Shown: one piece after another, positions 20,622-30,450 of the stretch | How positions within the stretch are numbered: the stretch's first letter is position 1 | Layout: the number at the start of each line of letters is the position of its first letter | Program-made: the position numbers and the translations under genes | Notes under the pieces: generated by a model | The model's input: the letters and a program-made list of their open reading frames with translations, nothing else | The model's database searches: none | What the model was told of the DNA's origin: nothing | Origin: an uncultured Anaerolineales bacterium | GTDB lineage: Bacteria; Chloroflexota; Anaerolineae; UBA4142 | Assembly: GCA_903825565.1 (NCBI GenBank) | Contig: CAIKBD010000488.1 | Span: 1 to 53,818, forward strand | Direction: 5' to 3' | Length of the DNA stretch: 53,818 bases

Positions 20622-21581
20622 ATGAGCCAGTTTGATTATCCAGTCATAAAAAAATCAGTGCCGACATTTTATTTCATCGGCGTGACGACCGGCAAATCCT
20701 CAATCATAAAAGTGTTTCCGTCGTGGATGCAAGTCCTGGGACGCACCGAGGTTGTCATCGAAGGGATAGATTGCAAAATCCATGATGATGCTCAGGTGTA
20801 TCGTCGAGCCGTTGCCCAGATCAAATATGATCCCAATTCGCTCGGCGCGTTGGTGACGACGCACAAGATTGATTTGCTCAACGCCGCGCGCGACATGTTT
20901 GAATATCTCGATCCTTACGCCACGATCACCGGCGAAATTTCGAGCATCTCGAAACTGGATGGTCGCCTCGAAGGTCATGCCAAAGACCCGCTGACATCGG
21001 GCGCAAGTTTGGACGCGATCGTTGAGCCAGGTTACTTTGGAAAAACCCAGGGGCAGGTATTGTGTTTCGGCGCGGGCGGGTCGGGGGTTGCCACCTTGTT
21101 GCACCTGATCAACAAAAAAGATCGCGCGGATCGTCCCGCCAAGTTCACGTTCGTCAATCGTTCCCAGGGGAGGTTGGAGCATGCGCGCGCGATGGTGAGC
21201 ACGTTAAAGACGGACATTCAGGTCGAATACATTTGCAGTTCCGATCCGGTGGCGAACGATTCGATCATGGAAAAATTTCCGCCGCACAGCATCGTCATCA
21301 ACGCAACGGGCATGGGCAAAGATACGCCCGGTTCACCGATCACGTGGAATGGAAAATTCCCCCTGGACAGCATCGCGTGGGAATTCAACTATCGCGGCGA
21401 ATTGGATTTTATGCACCAAGCGCTCGCGCAAGCGGCAAGCCGCAAGGTCAAGGTCGAGGACGGGTGGATTTATTTTGTGCATGGCTGGACGCAGGTCGTC
21501 GCGCAGGTGTTGCATTTTGATCTCACGCCGGAATTGTTCACCAAGTTGAACACGGCGGCATCATCGGTGCGAGGAAAATAA
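20622..21581 (+). CDS. Shikimate-dehydrogenase-like NAD(P)-binding oxidoreductase
   Basis: GALVTTHK, GAGGSG Rossmann motif, VNRS, INATGMG, DGW.YF. Divergent from AroE. SD GGAG before ATG 20622. Confidence 0.75.
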   Translation: MSQFDYPVIKKSVPTFYFIGVTTGKSSIIKVFPSWMQVLGRTEVVIEGIDCKIHDDAQVYRRAVAQIKYDPNSLGALVTTHKIDLLNAARDMFEYLDPYATITGEISSISKLDGRLEGHAKDPLTSGASLDAIVEPGYFGKTQGQVLCFGAGGSGVATLLHLINKKDRADRPAKFTFVNRSQGRLEHARAMVSTLKTDIQVEYICSSDPVANDSIMEKFPPHSIVINATGMGKDTPGSPITWNGKFPLDSIAWEFNYRGELDFMHQALAQAASRKVKVEDGWIYFVHGWTQVVAQVLHFDLTPELFTKLNTAASSVRGK

Positions 21582-21612
21582 ATCGGTATATTTAGAGTCT
21601 GGAGGATTTTTT

Positions 21613-23379
21613 ATGAACAAGTATTACCAATACAAGCACAAGGAACTTTGGGATGAGCACATCTGGGACAAACGCCTGAGCCCAATCATTCCGCTCGCGC
21701 GCTGGATTCAGGTCAAGAACCGGGAACTCAATCGCATCCCAGGTCGCCCCAAGGATGAACGTCGCACGACCGGCATCTTTGATCCCAAATCGAATGCGTT
21801 GTCGGACCCGGAAATTTTAGATGGCTGGGAACAGCGCGGTTTGCATTATCACTGCACAAGCATGAACTTGCCCTGGATCGCCATGACTCCCACCGGGCAC
21901 ATGGGCGTCAAAGGGTATCGTGACGAGATGGACACGATCCTGGTTTTGGTCAACGCCGAACTTGCGGATCCGAATTGGTGTATGTACACGCTGGAGAAAT
22001 ATCAAACGTATTTGGAACAAGCGGCACAGCACAAGTTCGCGCTGATCTTTTTGGCGTCCGATACAATTGATGCTTCCGATCACTATATCAGCATCGTCCA
22101 GGAAGCGGTCATCCTCTTTCACCTCAACTATAACCGAATGTTTTTGGATGTGAGCACGATTTATCAAGCGGGGACTGACCTGAAAAGCATCCCAGGATTC
22201 AAGTATCCCGGCGAAGCAAATCCCGACGCAGTCGTTCGCCGCATTGCCGGAATTTCTGCCCTGGATATTGCCGGCAAGTGGACGAATAAAAACAGTCTTT
22301 ACGATCATCTCATCATTCATCCCACCGGCAGTAGCAACTTGGCGTTCGACAAGGACGCGCTCATCCACAGTCAGGTCGGCAAAGATTTGGCGGAGGCGAT
22401 TTATTACGAGTACGCGTTCGACGATGCCGAAGATCCCAGGTTGCTTCAAGAATGGGAAGCGCGCGGGATTCGATGCGAGTTCCACGATAAAAATGGCGAG
22501 CAATGGATCACGCTTGCGCCGTTGAGCGCATACGATGCGCCCGCGAAAAAATTGCCGTGCATGTGCATCATGCACGAGGTCAATCGTTTCGATCCGCATC
22601 AAGCGATTACCGCGTTCAGTTATTATTACGAGTTCTTGAACATCGCCGCGCAAGGCGAGTGCATTTTATTATTCTTTGCGCTCGAATCGCTCAACGACAA
22701 CGATCTGCTCCACGACATCCTGGACGATGCGAGCCAGCTGTATCCGATTGATCGCCGTCGCGTGTACATCACTGGGCACAGCCACAACGGACGTTTTGCG
22801 GCAGAGTACATGCGCCGCCACCAAATGGATATTGCGGCAGTCGCAACCCTCGGCAATGAACCAGGTCAACTCTCGCCGGAAGTGACGGGTGGATTTTTCG
22901 TTGTGACGGATGAACAAATCGCCAAGCAAGCATCGGTGGATACGCCGCTCATCAACATCAGCGGGTTTAACGAACGCAACAGCATGTTCCCACTGCACAG
23001 CGACGCGCCGTTCGTGCGACCAGGACAATGGGTCGCGTTGAACACATTCGAAAAACGCGCGGTGAGTTGGCAACGCCGATTGAAATCGGCGCGATGCCCA
23101 GCCAAGACGATTGAGGAAATCGCGGCGACGAAAAACAGTAGCAATTCGGTGGAACGTCTGCTTGGTATTCCTGCCGATAAGACCGAAGTGCTTTTCAAGG
23201 ATGGCGGTGAGAATTACATCGCCGATATTAAAAATGGGGACGGCAAATTTCATTTGCGAATCGTCGCCCTGGGCAACATGCCGCACACCGTCACCTCGAC
23301 GATGATCGAATTGGCGTGGTCGTTTCTCCGGCGTTTCGCGCGCGATCAAAAAACCGGCGAGTGCATCGAACTGTATTGA
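21613..23379 (+). CDS. Uncharacterised alpha/beta-hydrolase-like protein (paralog of 11033-12805)
   Basis: YPIDRRRVYITGHSHNG, NMPH, WSFLRRFARD; SD GGAGG. Confidence 0.65.
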   Translation: MNKYYQYKHKELWDEHIWDKRLSPIIPLARWIQVKNRELNRIPGRPKDERRTTGIFDPKSNALSDPEILDGWEQRGLHYHCTSMNLPWIAMTPTGHMGVKGYRDEMDTILVLVNAELADPNWCMYTLEKYQTYLEQAAQHKFALIFLASDTIDASDHYISIVQEAVILFHLNYNRMFLDVSTIYQAGTDLKSIPGFKYPGEANPDAVVRRIAGISALDIAGKWTNKNSLYDHLIIHPTGSSNLAFDKDALIHSQVGKDLAEAIYYEYAFDDAEDPRLLQEWEARGIRCEFHDKNGEQWITLAPLSAYDAPAKKLPCMCIMHEVNRFDPHQAITAFSYYYEFLNIAAQGECILLFFALESLNDNDLLHDILDDASQLYPIDRRRVYITGHSHNGRFAAEYMRRHQMDIAAVATLGNEPGQLSPEVTGGFFVVTDEQIAKQASVDTPLINISGFNERNSMFPLHSDAPFVRPGQWVALNTFEKRAVSWQRRLKSARCPAKTIEEIAATKNSSNSVERLLGIPADKTEVLFKDGGENYIADIKNGDGKFHLRIVALGNMPHTVTSTMIELAWSFLRRFARDQKTGECIELY

Positions 23380-23488
23380 ACGACGCATTGACCGTTCGTA
23401 GCCAGCACAAGGGAGGTGGTACGAGCAAATAAAAATTCTGGCTAGTCTAGTCATTCGAGTCAATTTCTCAATTCTCATGGAGGAGAAG

Positions 23489-24526
23489 ATGAAAAAGTTA
23501 CTTGTCGTTGCGATGCTTGCCATCGCGTTGCTTGTTGTCGCATGTGCGACGCCAACCGCCGAACCGACCAAAGCGCCGGCATCGTCCGCGGCAAGTCCGA
23601 CCAAAGCCGCGTCGCATCCCGAAGTCAAAGTGAACATCTACACGTCCTCGTTCGGTACGCTCAACTATACGTTCTCGTTCGCGCTCGGCGATATGATGAA
23701 CAAGAAACATCCCTGGTTGCGAATTGCCGTGCAGGAAACCACCCAGGCGGCGGACGCGATCAAGACGGTGGCGGCAGACCCCGCGCTGAGAAAAAACAGT
23801 ATGTTCCCACTCGCTTCGTCCATTCACTATGATGCCACGAATGGCACCGGCGCATTCGTCAACAATGCGATCAAGTACCAAGCCGTTGCGATGTACAACT
23901 CGAACGCAGTCGCGTTTGTCGCGCTCGATTCCAAAATTCAAACGGTCAAAGACCTGGATGGCAAACGGATCACGGTCGGTTCCGCCGGCGGCGCTGCGCC
24001 AACCTTCGAATCCATCATCGCCGCGTATGGCATCAAGCCAGCCAAGATTGACAAGATCAGTTGGGAACCCGGCAAAGATGCGTTGATTGACGGCAAGACC
24101 GATGCGTGCGCGCAGACCTTGGGTGATGTGGGTCTCAATCCATATCAACCCAATGCGACGATTTCGCAACTGCAAGCCACGAATGGTTTTCATCTCGTCG
24201 CGATGGACCCCGAACTGGTGAAAAAAGCCGCGACAACGGTTCTGCTCAGTCCCATTGACCTGCCTTCGGGGACGCTGGGACTCTCCAAGCCGACGACCGT
24301 GGCGTTGAACACCAACACGTTGGCAGTCCTGCCCGAATTCGATTCCGAAGCCGCGTATGAAATCGCCAAGTTCATCGTTGAGAACGCGGATGGATTCAAG
24401 GACTATGACAAGTCCCTGGGTTCGGTGAAAAAGAGTTCGGTGGCTTCGTTTGCGGTGCCGATTGTGACAGTCAATCCGGGCGCGGAAAAGTACTATAAAG
24501 AAGCCGGCATGAAGATCGGACAGTAA
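23489..24526 (+). CDS. TAXI-family TRAP transporter solute-binding lipoprotein
   Basis: SD GGAGGAG, LVVAC lipobox, S.I..VKDLDGKRITVG, C-terminal PGAEKYYKE typical of TAXI proteins. Confidence 0.85.
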   Translation: MKKLLVVAMLAIALLVVACATPTAEPTKAPASSAASPTKAASHPEVKVNIYTSSFGTLNYTFSFALGDMMNKKHPWLRIAVQETTQAADAIKTVAADPALRKNSMFPLASSIHYDATNGTGAFVNNAIKYQAVAMYNSNAVAFVALDSKIQTVKDLDGKRITVGSAGGAAPTFESIIAAYGIKPAKIDKISWEPGKDALIDGKTDACAQTLGDVGLNPYQPNATISQLQATNGFHLVAMDPELVKKAATTVLLSPIDLPSGTLGLSKPTTVALNTNTLAVLPEFDSEAAYEIAKFIVENADGFKDYDKSLGSVKKSSVASFAVPIVTVNPGAEKYYKEAGMKIGQ

Positions 24527-24764
24527 AGCGACTGGATAGTCCCTCTCCAATGAAATCGTTGCACAAAATGCAAGGATTTTGGGACGCGGATATTTTTTAT
24601 CCACGCTCGGCCGCGTCCAAGCAAATGAATTGGGTTTCGGCTTGTCCGAGTTAGGATAGAGCCAGACCGACGGTGACACGCCCGCTTGGTTTGCCCGAAC
24701 CAAGCGTTTGCCGCAAGCCAAGCGGGATCGCTCACGGTCAAGTTTCGCATTCGGGAGAAAAACA

Positions 24765-26702
24765 ATGGCATCACAGGGTTCCGATGAACTCATCGGCAAG
24801 TACATGGTGGACGGTCAGCAGTCGAATACCAAGCCCTTGGGCGTTTTGCAAATCGCCATCTATGTTTTTGCGATTGCAATGATTCTGTTTCAATTTTTTG
24901 GCGATAGCGTAATGTCCATGAGCGAATTGGCGTTCAAGGATATTCATTATGCTTTTGTGCTGACGATCTCGTTTCTCGTCCTGATGAAAAAACACCCCAA
25001 GCAAAATTGGCTGTGGGCGATTCTTCTCGTCGTCTCGCTGTTCTCGACCGGCTATGTGTACTTTTACGAGGAAGCGTTGATCCTGCGCGCGGGTCAGCCC
25101 ATCGGCTTGGATATTCCGGTCGGCATTGCGCTCCTCGTGGTCGCGCTCATTGCGACGTGGCGCACCTGGGGCATGGCAATCCCCCTGATGAGTCTCGCCT
25201 TTATCGGCTATACGTTTATCATCCAGTACTTGCCGCCGCCGTTTTACGGTCCCTCGCCGACGCTGGCGCGCATGGTCACGACACTCACGATTGGTCTCAC
25301 TGGGATGTGGGGCACAATGATGAGCACGTCGGCGAATACCATTTTCTATTTCATGGTGTTTGGTTCCGTGTTTGAAATGACGGGGACGGTGCGTTGGTTC
25401 GACGAGATCGGCAAAGTCATCGGGCGCTTTTCCAAAGCGGGCGCGGCGCAGACCTCGGTAGTGACGAGCGCGTTGTTCGGTCTCACCAGCGGCTCGGCGA
25501 TGGCGAATGTCGTGACTTCTGGCATCTTTACAATTCCGGCGATGAAAAAAGCCGGCTTTAAGCCCGAAGACGCCGCGGCGATTGAAGCCACGTCCTCGGT
25601 GGGCGGTCAGATCATGCCGCCGATCATGGGCACGACCGCGTTCATTATGGCGGCGGTGATTGCGACGCCGTATGCCGAGATCGCGTTGCGCGCCGCGATC
25701 CCGGCGTTGCTGTTCTTTCTCGCCTGCGGAGTTCAGGTGGAATTGATCGCGCGCAAAGAACGCACGACGGTCGCCGATGAACAGGTGAACGTGAAAGAGT
25801 TGATCTTGATGTCGCCCTTGTTTATCGTGCCGATGGTCCTCCTGACCTGGTTGCTGTTTGAAGGGCACAGTGTTGCTTACTCGACCGGTCCCGCCATCCT
25901 CAGCATGATCGTGATTAGCATGTTACGCAAAGAGACGCGCCCAACTTGGCGCGGCGCGCTCGAAGGTCTCTCCGATGGCGCGATCAAGGGCGCGGAGTTG
26001 GGAATCACTTGCGCGGCAATGGCGCCGATTGTCGTGCTCACGACCTATACCGGCTTGGGCATCAAGTTTCCCGGTATTGTGCAAATGTTCAGCGGCGGCA
26101 ACATGCTGATCGCGTTGATTCTGACTGCCATCGTCGCGCTTGTGGTGGGCTTGGGCGCGCCGACCTCGGTCACGTATTTGATCGTGGCGATCATCATCGC
26201 GCCCGGTCTGGTCAAGATGGGCGTGCCCTTGCTCGCGGCGCATATGTTTGCATTTTACTATGGCATCATCGGGGCGGTGTCGCCGCCCGTCGCGCCGGCG
26301 GTGCTCGTTGCCGCCCGCATGGGCGATGCGGACTATATGAAAGCCGGTTGGGCATCCATGAAATTTGCCGTCGTCGGTTTTATCGTGCCGTTTCTTTTCT
26401 GCTTCAACCCGGTTCTGCTCGGTTATTTCAAGGACCCTGTTTCGGATATTGTGGTTCTGGTGATGACGTGCGTCCTGGTTTTTATCCTGTCGGTCGCATT
26501 GGTCGGTTGGTATCTCACCCGGCTCAACGTAATCGAGACGCTCGTTGCCGGGTTGAGCAGTGCGCTCCTGGCATTCTACATCGGGACAAACAACCTTGTG
26601 CTTTTGGTTGCGGCGTTGGTTTCATTCGGACTCTTGACCCTCTGGCAAGTCAAAAAGAAAAGGGCGGAAAAAAATTTGCAAGCCGGGGCAAGCCCTGCTT
26701 GA
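24765..26702 (+). CDS. TRAP transporter fused permease (4TM/12TM, DctQM-like)
   Basis: SGSAMANVVTSG..TIP.MKK.G, AIEATSSVGGQIMPPIMG, AHMFAFYYG, SPPVA. SD GGGAG before ATG 24765. Confidence 0.92.
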   Translation: MASQGSDELIGKYMVDGQQSNTKPLGVLQIAIYVFAIAMILFQFFGDSVMSMSELAFKDIHYAFVLTISFLVLMKKHPKQNWLWAILLVVSLFSTGYVYFYEEALILRAGQPIGLDIPVGIALLVVALIATWRTWGMAIPLMSLAFIGYTFIIQYLPPPFYGPSPTLARMVTTLTIGLTGMWGTMMSTSANTIFYFMVFGSVFEMTGTVRWFDEIGKVIGRFSKAGAAQTSVVTSALFGLTSGSAMANVVTSGIFTIPAMKKAGFKPEDAAAIEATSSVGGQIMPPIMGTTAFIMAAVIATPYAEIALRAAIPALLFFLACGVQVELIARKERTTVADEQVNVKELILMSPLFIVPMVLLTWLLFEGHSVAYSTGPAILSMIVISMLRKETRPTWRGALEGLSDGAIKGAELGITCAAMAPIVVLTTYTGLGIKFPGIVQMFSGGNMLIALILTAIVALVVGLGAPTSVTYLIVAIIIAPGLVKMGVPLLAAHMFAFYYGIIGAVSPPVAPAVLVAARMGDADYMKAGWASMKFAVVGFIVPFLFCFNPVLLGYFKDPVSDIVVLVMTCVLVFILSVALVGWYLTRLNVIETLVAGLSSALLAFYIGTNNLVLLVAALVSFGLLTLWQVKKKRAEKNLQAGASPA

Positions 26703-26715
26703 CCTCCTCTTTATA

Positions 26716-26742
26716 GGGGTGGCGTGTCACTGCCGCCACCCC
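26716..26742. repeat. GC-rich hairpin (REP-like or terminator/attenuator)
   Basis: GGGGTGGCG-tgtcactgc-CGCCACCCC just after the permease stop. Confidence 0.5.
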
Positions 26743-26787
26743 AACCCTTGCGCCAATGATTGAATTTTTTCAGCCGAGATAAGACGT

Positions 26788-28521
26788 ATGAACCCCGCAA
26801 CCCCGGTGAAACTTCAAGTATTCAACCCCACCAGTCGAGTGAACATTTCCGCGCCGAATGCGCCGCGTCTGGACACCTTGAATGGCAAGACCCTCTGTGA
26901 ATTGTGGGTCTCTGGCAATTGGGCCGGCGAGCGAACGTTTCCGGTTCTGCGCGCAATGTTGCGCGTGCGTTTTCCCGGGATCAACATTGTGCCATACACC
27001 GAGTTTCCGTACACCGAAAAAGGATTGTCCACGCGCGCCACGTATGAACCGTACTTTGAAAAAATGGGCGAGCTGTTGCGCGCCCAGGGATGCGATGCCG
27101 TTTTGATTGGCAATGGCGGTTGCGGGTGCATCATCCCGGTCAGCACCGTCGCGGCGCTCGTCGAAAAAGCCGGGTTTCCGACCGTCACGATTGTCTCCGA
27201 TGAATACGCGGAGGTGATCAAGGTTACGGCGCAAGGACAAGGGCTTGCCGCATTGCCAAGCGCGTCGTTCCCCAGCCAGGTGATGTGGCGTCAGGTTGAG
27301 GACGTGCGCCCCGCGTGCGAAAACGCGCTCGATGCGATCATCGCCGGCTTGACGACCTGGCGACCCGATGAATCAAATGCAACCGAGCCGAGCGAGTTTG
27401 TGTTTGAAGGTGCGGATTATCAGGATGCGGTTGACCAAATGGAAAGCGCATTTCTTGCGCGCTGGTGGAGCGATGGCTTGCCGCTGATCCCGCCAACCCG
27501 GGAGCGCGTCGCGTGGCTGTTGACCGGCACCGATTTGCCGCGCGAGCAAATCGTCACCCAGAAAATTTCGCCGCGCTATGGCGCGATCACGGTCGAGACT
27601 GTTGCGATCAACGCGGCGATGGCGGGCGCGCGCCCGGAATATCTGCCGGTGATTTTGGCGGCGATTGACGCGCTCGGCGCGACGAAAGCGGGCTTGGAAC
27701 TGAGTTATGTTTTTCAAGAGACCTTGTCGCCGGTCGCGCCCTGGTTTATCGTGAATGGGCCCATCGTGCAAGAACTGAACATCAATTCATCGTTCGGCGT
27801 CCTGGGTCCCGGTTGGAAAGCCAATGCGACGATTGGGCGCGCCATCGGGTTAGTGCTGAACAATGGCGGCGGTGGCAATTCGGGACCAGCGGGCACACGC
27901 CGGGCGCAATCTACGGCGGCGCGCTACACCTGTTGCTTTGCGGAGAACGCCGCAGAAAATCCCTGGAGTCCGTTCCAGGTCGAAAATGGTTTTGGCGCGG
28001 ATGTCAGCACGGTGACGATTATGGCGGGCAAAGGCACACACCTGGTTCACGTTGTAGATGGCACCGAAGAAATTTTGCGAGCGGCGGTGCGTGCGTTAAA
28101 AGGATTCACGTATCACGACATCGGCGTACCCTGGGATCAGTGGCTCATCCTGTCGCCCGACCATGCCCAGCGGCTTGCGCGCGGCGGCTGGACGAAAGCG
28201 AGTATTCGCGCGTACATTCACGAACGCGCGCGGATACCTTTGGTGGAAGCAAAAGCGGACGGTATCTTTTTGCGCTTTAGCGAAAGTTGGCTGAAACAAG
28301 TGGCGACGACCCAGGATCACAACCTGCCAATCCCGATCACGGAAAAACCGGAGGATTTGAATATCGTGGTGGCGGGTGGCACCGGCAACGGCAATTCGAC
28401 GCTGGTTGCCGGAATGCGGAGAAAAGTCATCGCAGAGGTAGACCAGTACAAACCGCGAAACTGGGTGCAACTCCTGGAACGAGCCAGGCAAGATTTAACG
28501 TCAAGAGTGGATATATGCTGA
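26788..28521 (+). CDS. UGSC-family protein, cysteine homolog (CxC motif)
   Basis: Uninterrupted 577-aa ORF. DAVLIGNGGCGC...EKAGFP aligns with the U-G-x-C sites of the three downstream paralogs; shares WSDGLP.IPPT and A.MAGARPEY. Confidence 0.85.
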   Translation: MNPATPVKLQVFNPTSRVNISAPNAPRLDTLNGKTLCELWVSGNWAGERTFPVLRAMLRVRFPGINIVPYTEFPYTEKGLSTRATYEPYFEKMGELLRAQGCDAVLIGNGGCGCIIPVSTVAALVEKAGFPTVTIVSDEYAEVIKVTAQGQGLAALPSASFPSQVMWRQVEDVRPACENALDAIIAGLTTWRPDESNATEPSEFVFEGADYQDAVDQMESAFLARWWSDGLPLIPPTRERVAWLLTGTDLPREQIVTQKISPRYGAITVETVAINAAMAGARPEYLPVILAAIDALGATKAGLELSYVFQETLSPVAPWFIVNGPIVQELNINSSFGVLGPGWKANATIGRAIGLVLNNGGGGNSGPAGTRRAQSTAARYTCCFAENAAENPWSPFQVENGFGADVSTVTIMAGKGTHLVHVVDGTEEILRAAVRALKGFTYHDIGVPWDQWLILSPDHAQRLARGGWTKASIRAYIHERARIPLVEAKADGIFLRFSESWLKQVATTQDHNLPIPITEKPEDLNIVVAGGTGNGNSTLVAGMRRKVIAEVDQYKPRNWVQLLERARQDLTSRVDIC

Positions 28522-29624
28522 AACAATCCTATATTTATTTTGCGATTGCCGGCGAAGATAAAATCCTGGGTGGTACGCTCGATTCTGAAACTGGGGCGAT
28601 TGAGATTCGCCATGAAATTGCGGTGCCCTGGGGACCCGAGGCGTTAGCCATTGATCCCGGCAAGCGATTCCTTTTTGTAGGATGCCATCCGCGCAATGCG
28701 TCCAAGCATGGTTCTTGCGAGAGCAAGATGTACAGCTATTGGATTGATTGGCAGACCGGCGGCTTGACGCCCATCAACAGTGTTGCGCTCCAAGACGCGC
28801 CGACTTTTGTGGCGGTGGATCAGACATCGCGCTTTTTGCTTTCGGCGTACTATCGCGCTGGCAAAGCGGCGGTGCATTGCATCGGCGCGGATGGCGCGAT
28901 TGGCGAAGCGACGCAATGGTTCGAATCCGGCGGCGGCGCGCATTGTATCCAGGTTGATACATCCAATCGTTTCGCTTTTCTTCCGCACATCGCCACCAGC
29001 AAAGTCAATATCAATTATTGGCCCCCCAATGGAAATTCGAATCACATTTTACCCGGCGCGTCGAATACGATTCTGCAATTCAAATTCGATGACGCGACTG
29101 GGACGCTGATTCCCAATGCGCCATTCAAATTGCCGGGCGAACGCGGCGGCGGACCGCGCCATTATTGTTTTCATCCTAGGTTGAATGTGGTGTACTTTGC
29201 CAACGAACAGGGATGCGCCGTGACCGCGTACGCATTGAACCCAACCGAAGGCACGCTGACGCCGTTTCAACATATCTCGACGTTGCCACCGGAAGGCTAC
29301 GACAACTATGCCAGTTGTTCCAGTTTGCGTGTGACACATTCCGGCAAATTCTTGTATGTGCTGAATCGCGGTCTGGATAGTGTGGCGTGTTTCAGTGTTG
29401 ACCCGACGACGGGTCGGTTGAAATCGAATGGACTCGTGCCGACCGAAGCGCAACCGCACGCGCTCGAACTCGACCTGGATGACCAGTTTCTTTTTGTCGC
29501 CGGACATACTTCAGGGTGCTTGACCACCTATCGCGTACAAGAAGATGGCAAGTTGCAACCAATCGCCTCGCGTGCGATTGGCAAACAACCCAAGTGGATT
29601 TTGGTGACGCGGCAAGAAACCTAA
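28515..29624 (+). CDS. Lactonase family beta-propeller protein (6-phosphogluconolactonase-like)
   Basis: AHCI, GGGPRHYCFHP, YFANE, FLYVLNRG, P.WI repeats; ATG 28515 overlaps the upstream stop. Confidence 0.88.
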   Translation: MLKQSYIYFAIAGEDKILGGTLDSETGAIEIRHEIAVPWGPEALAIDPGKRFLFVGCHPRNASKHGSCESKMYSYWIDWQTGGLTPINSVALQDAPTFVAVDQTSRFLLSAYYRAGKAAVHCIGADGAIGEATQWFESGGGAHCIQVDTSNRFAFLPHIATSKVNINYWPPNGNSNHILPGASNTILQFKFDDATGTLIPNAPFKLPGERGGGPRHYCFHPRLNVVYFANEQGCAVTAYALNPTEGTLTPFQHISTLPPEGYDNYASCSSLRVTHSGKFLYVLNRGLDSVACFSVDPTTGRLKSNGLVPTEAQPHALELDLDDQFLFVAGHTSGCLTTYRVQEDGKLQPIASRAIGKQPKWILVTRQET

Positions 29625-29628
29625 GCCC

Positions 29629-30450
29629 ATGATGATTGTGGATACCCATGCTCATGCGTCGCCTTTTTGGTTCGAACCCATCGAGGTGTTGCTGTTTCAG
29701 ATGAACCGCAACGGCGTAGCCAAGACGATGCTCGTCGCGATCAATGGGCAGACGGATGAAAAATATAATCGGTATCTGATCGAGTGCGCGCAAAAATTCC
29801 CCGGTCGTTTTGCGCCCATCATCCTGGTAGACCCAGAACGCGCGGATGCGCCGACGATGCTGAAGCACTGGGCGAGCCAAGGCGCCGAAGGGGTACGATT
29901 AAAGGTGACGGCGCGTTCGCCGGGCAGTGACCCGCTGAGTATTTGGAGAGCGTGCGCCGACCTGGGTCTCGTCGTCTCATGCCAAGTGCGGCGTCTCGAA
30001 GAGTTTGCGAGCGATGAATTGCGCATCCTGGTCGCGGCATTGCCGAATTTAATTTTTATCATCGAACATCTGGGCAAGCCCAACCTGGACGAAGCCGCGC
30101 CGTACCCCAACTATAAACAGGCGTTGAACCTAGCCCGGTTTCCGAATGTGTACATCAAGGTGGGCGGACTGGGAGAAATTTGCCGGCGACCGTATCCGTT
30201 TCGTGAACCGTTTTATCGGGGAGAGGTGCCGCCGTTTATCAAAATGGCTTACGATGCTTTCGGTGCGGCGCGCATGATGTGGGGAAGCAATTATCCACCC
30301 AGCAGTCAGGTTGAGGGCTATCGCAACACGTTGGGTTATCTCGATGAATATCTCGATTCGTTTTGTAGCGCGCAAGATCAAGCCTGGATGTTTGGCAAGA
30401 CGGCGCTGACCCTCAGTTCAAATCAACGCGGAGTGATGAATCATGAGTGA
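29629..30450 (+). CDS. Amidohydrolase_2-family protein (sugar/pyrone lactonase-like)
   Basis: VDTHAH, GVRL, IEHLGKP, PNVYIKVGG, AFGAARMMWGSNYP. Confidence 0.87.
   Translation: MMIVDTHAHASPFWFEPIEVLLFQMNRNGVAKTMLVAINGQTDEKYNRYLIECAQKFPGRFAPIILVDPERADAPTMLKHWASQGAEGVRLKVTARSPGSDPLSIWRACADLGLVVSCQVRRLEEFASDELRILVAALPNLIFIIEHLGKPNLDEAAPYPNYKQALNLARFPNVYIKVGGLGEICRRPYPFREPFYRGEVPPFIKMAYDAFGAARMMWGSNYPPSSQVEGYRNTLGYLDEYLDSFCSAQDQAWMFGKTALTLSSNQRGVMNHE

Noticed and set aside
19636-21581. Literal serA and aroE biosynthetic assignments
   Set aside because: The first lacks the ACT domain, the second diverges from the AroE substrate motifs, and the context is catabolic.
24527-24764. Riboswitch or ncRNA in longer intergenic gaps (also 33387-33586 and 39532-39850)
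   Set aside because: No recognisable aptamer consensus by eye; an Rfam/Infernal scan would be needed to exclude one.
28516-28521. Possible Cys-Sec readthrough at the TGC-TGA end of the Cys paralog
   Set aside because: The TGA overlaps the start of the lactonase gene, the protein length already matches its paralogs, and the extension has no recognisable similarity.
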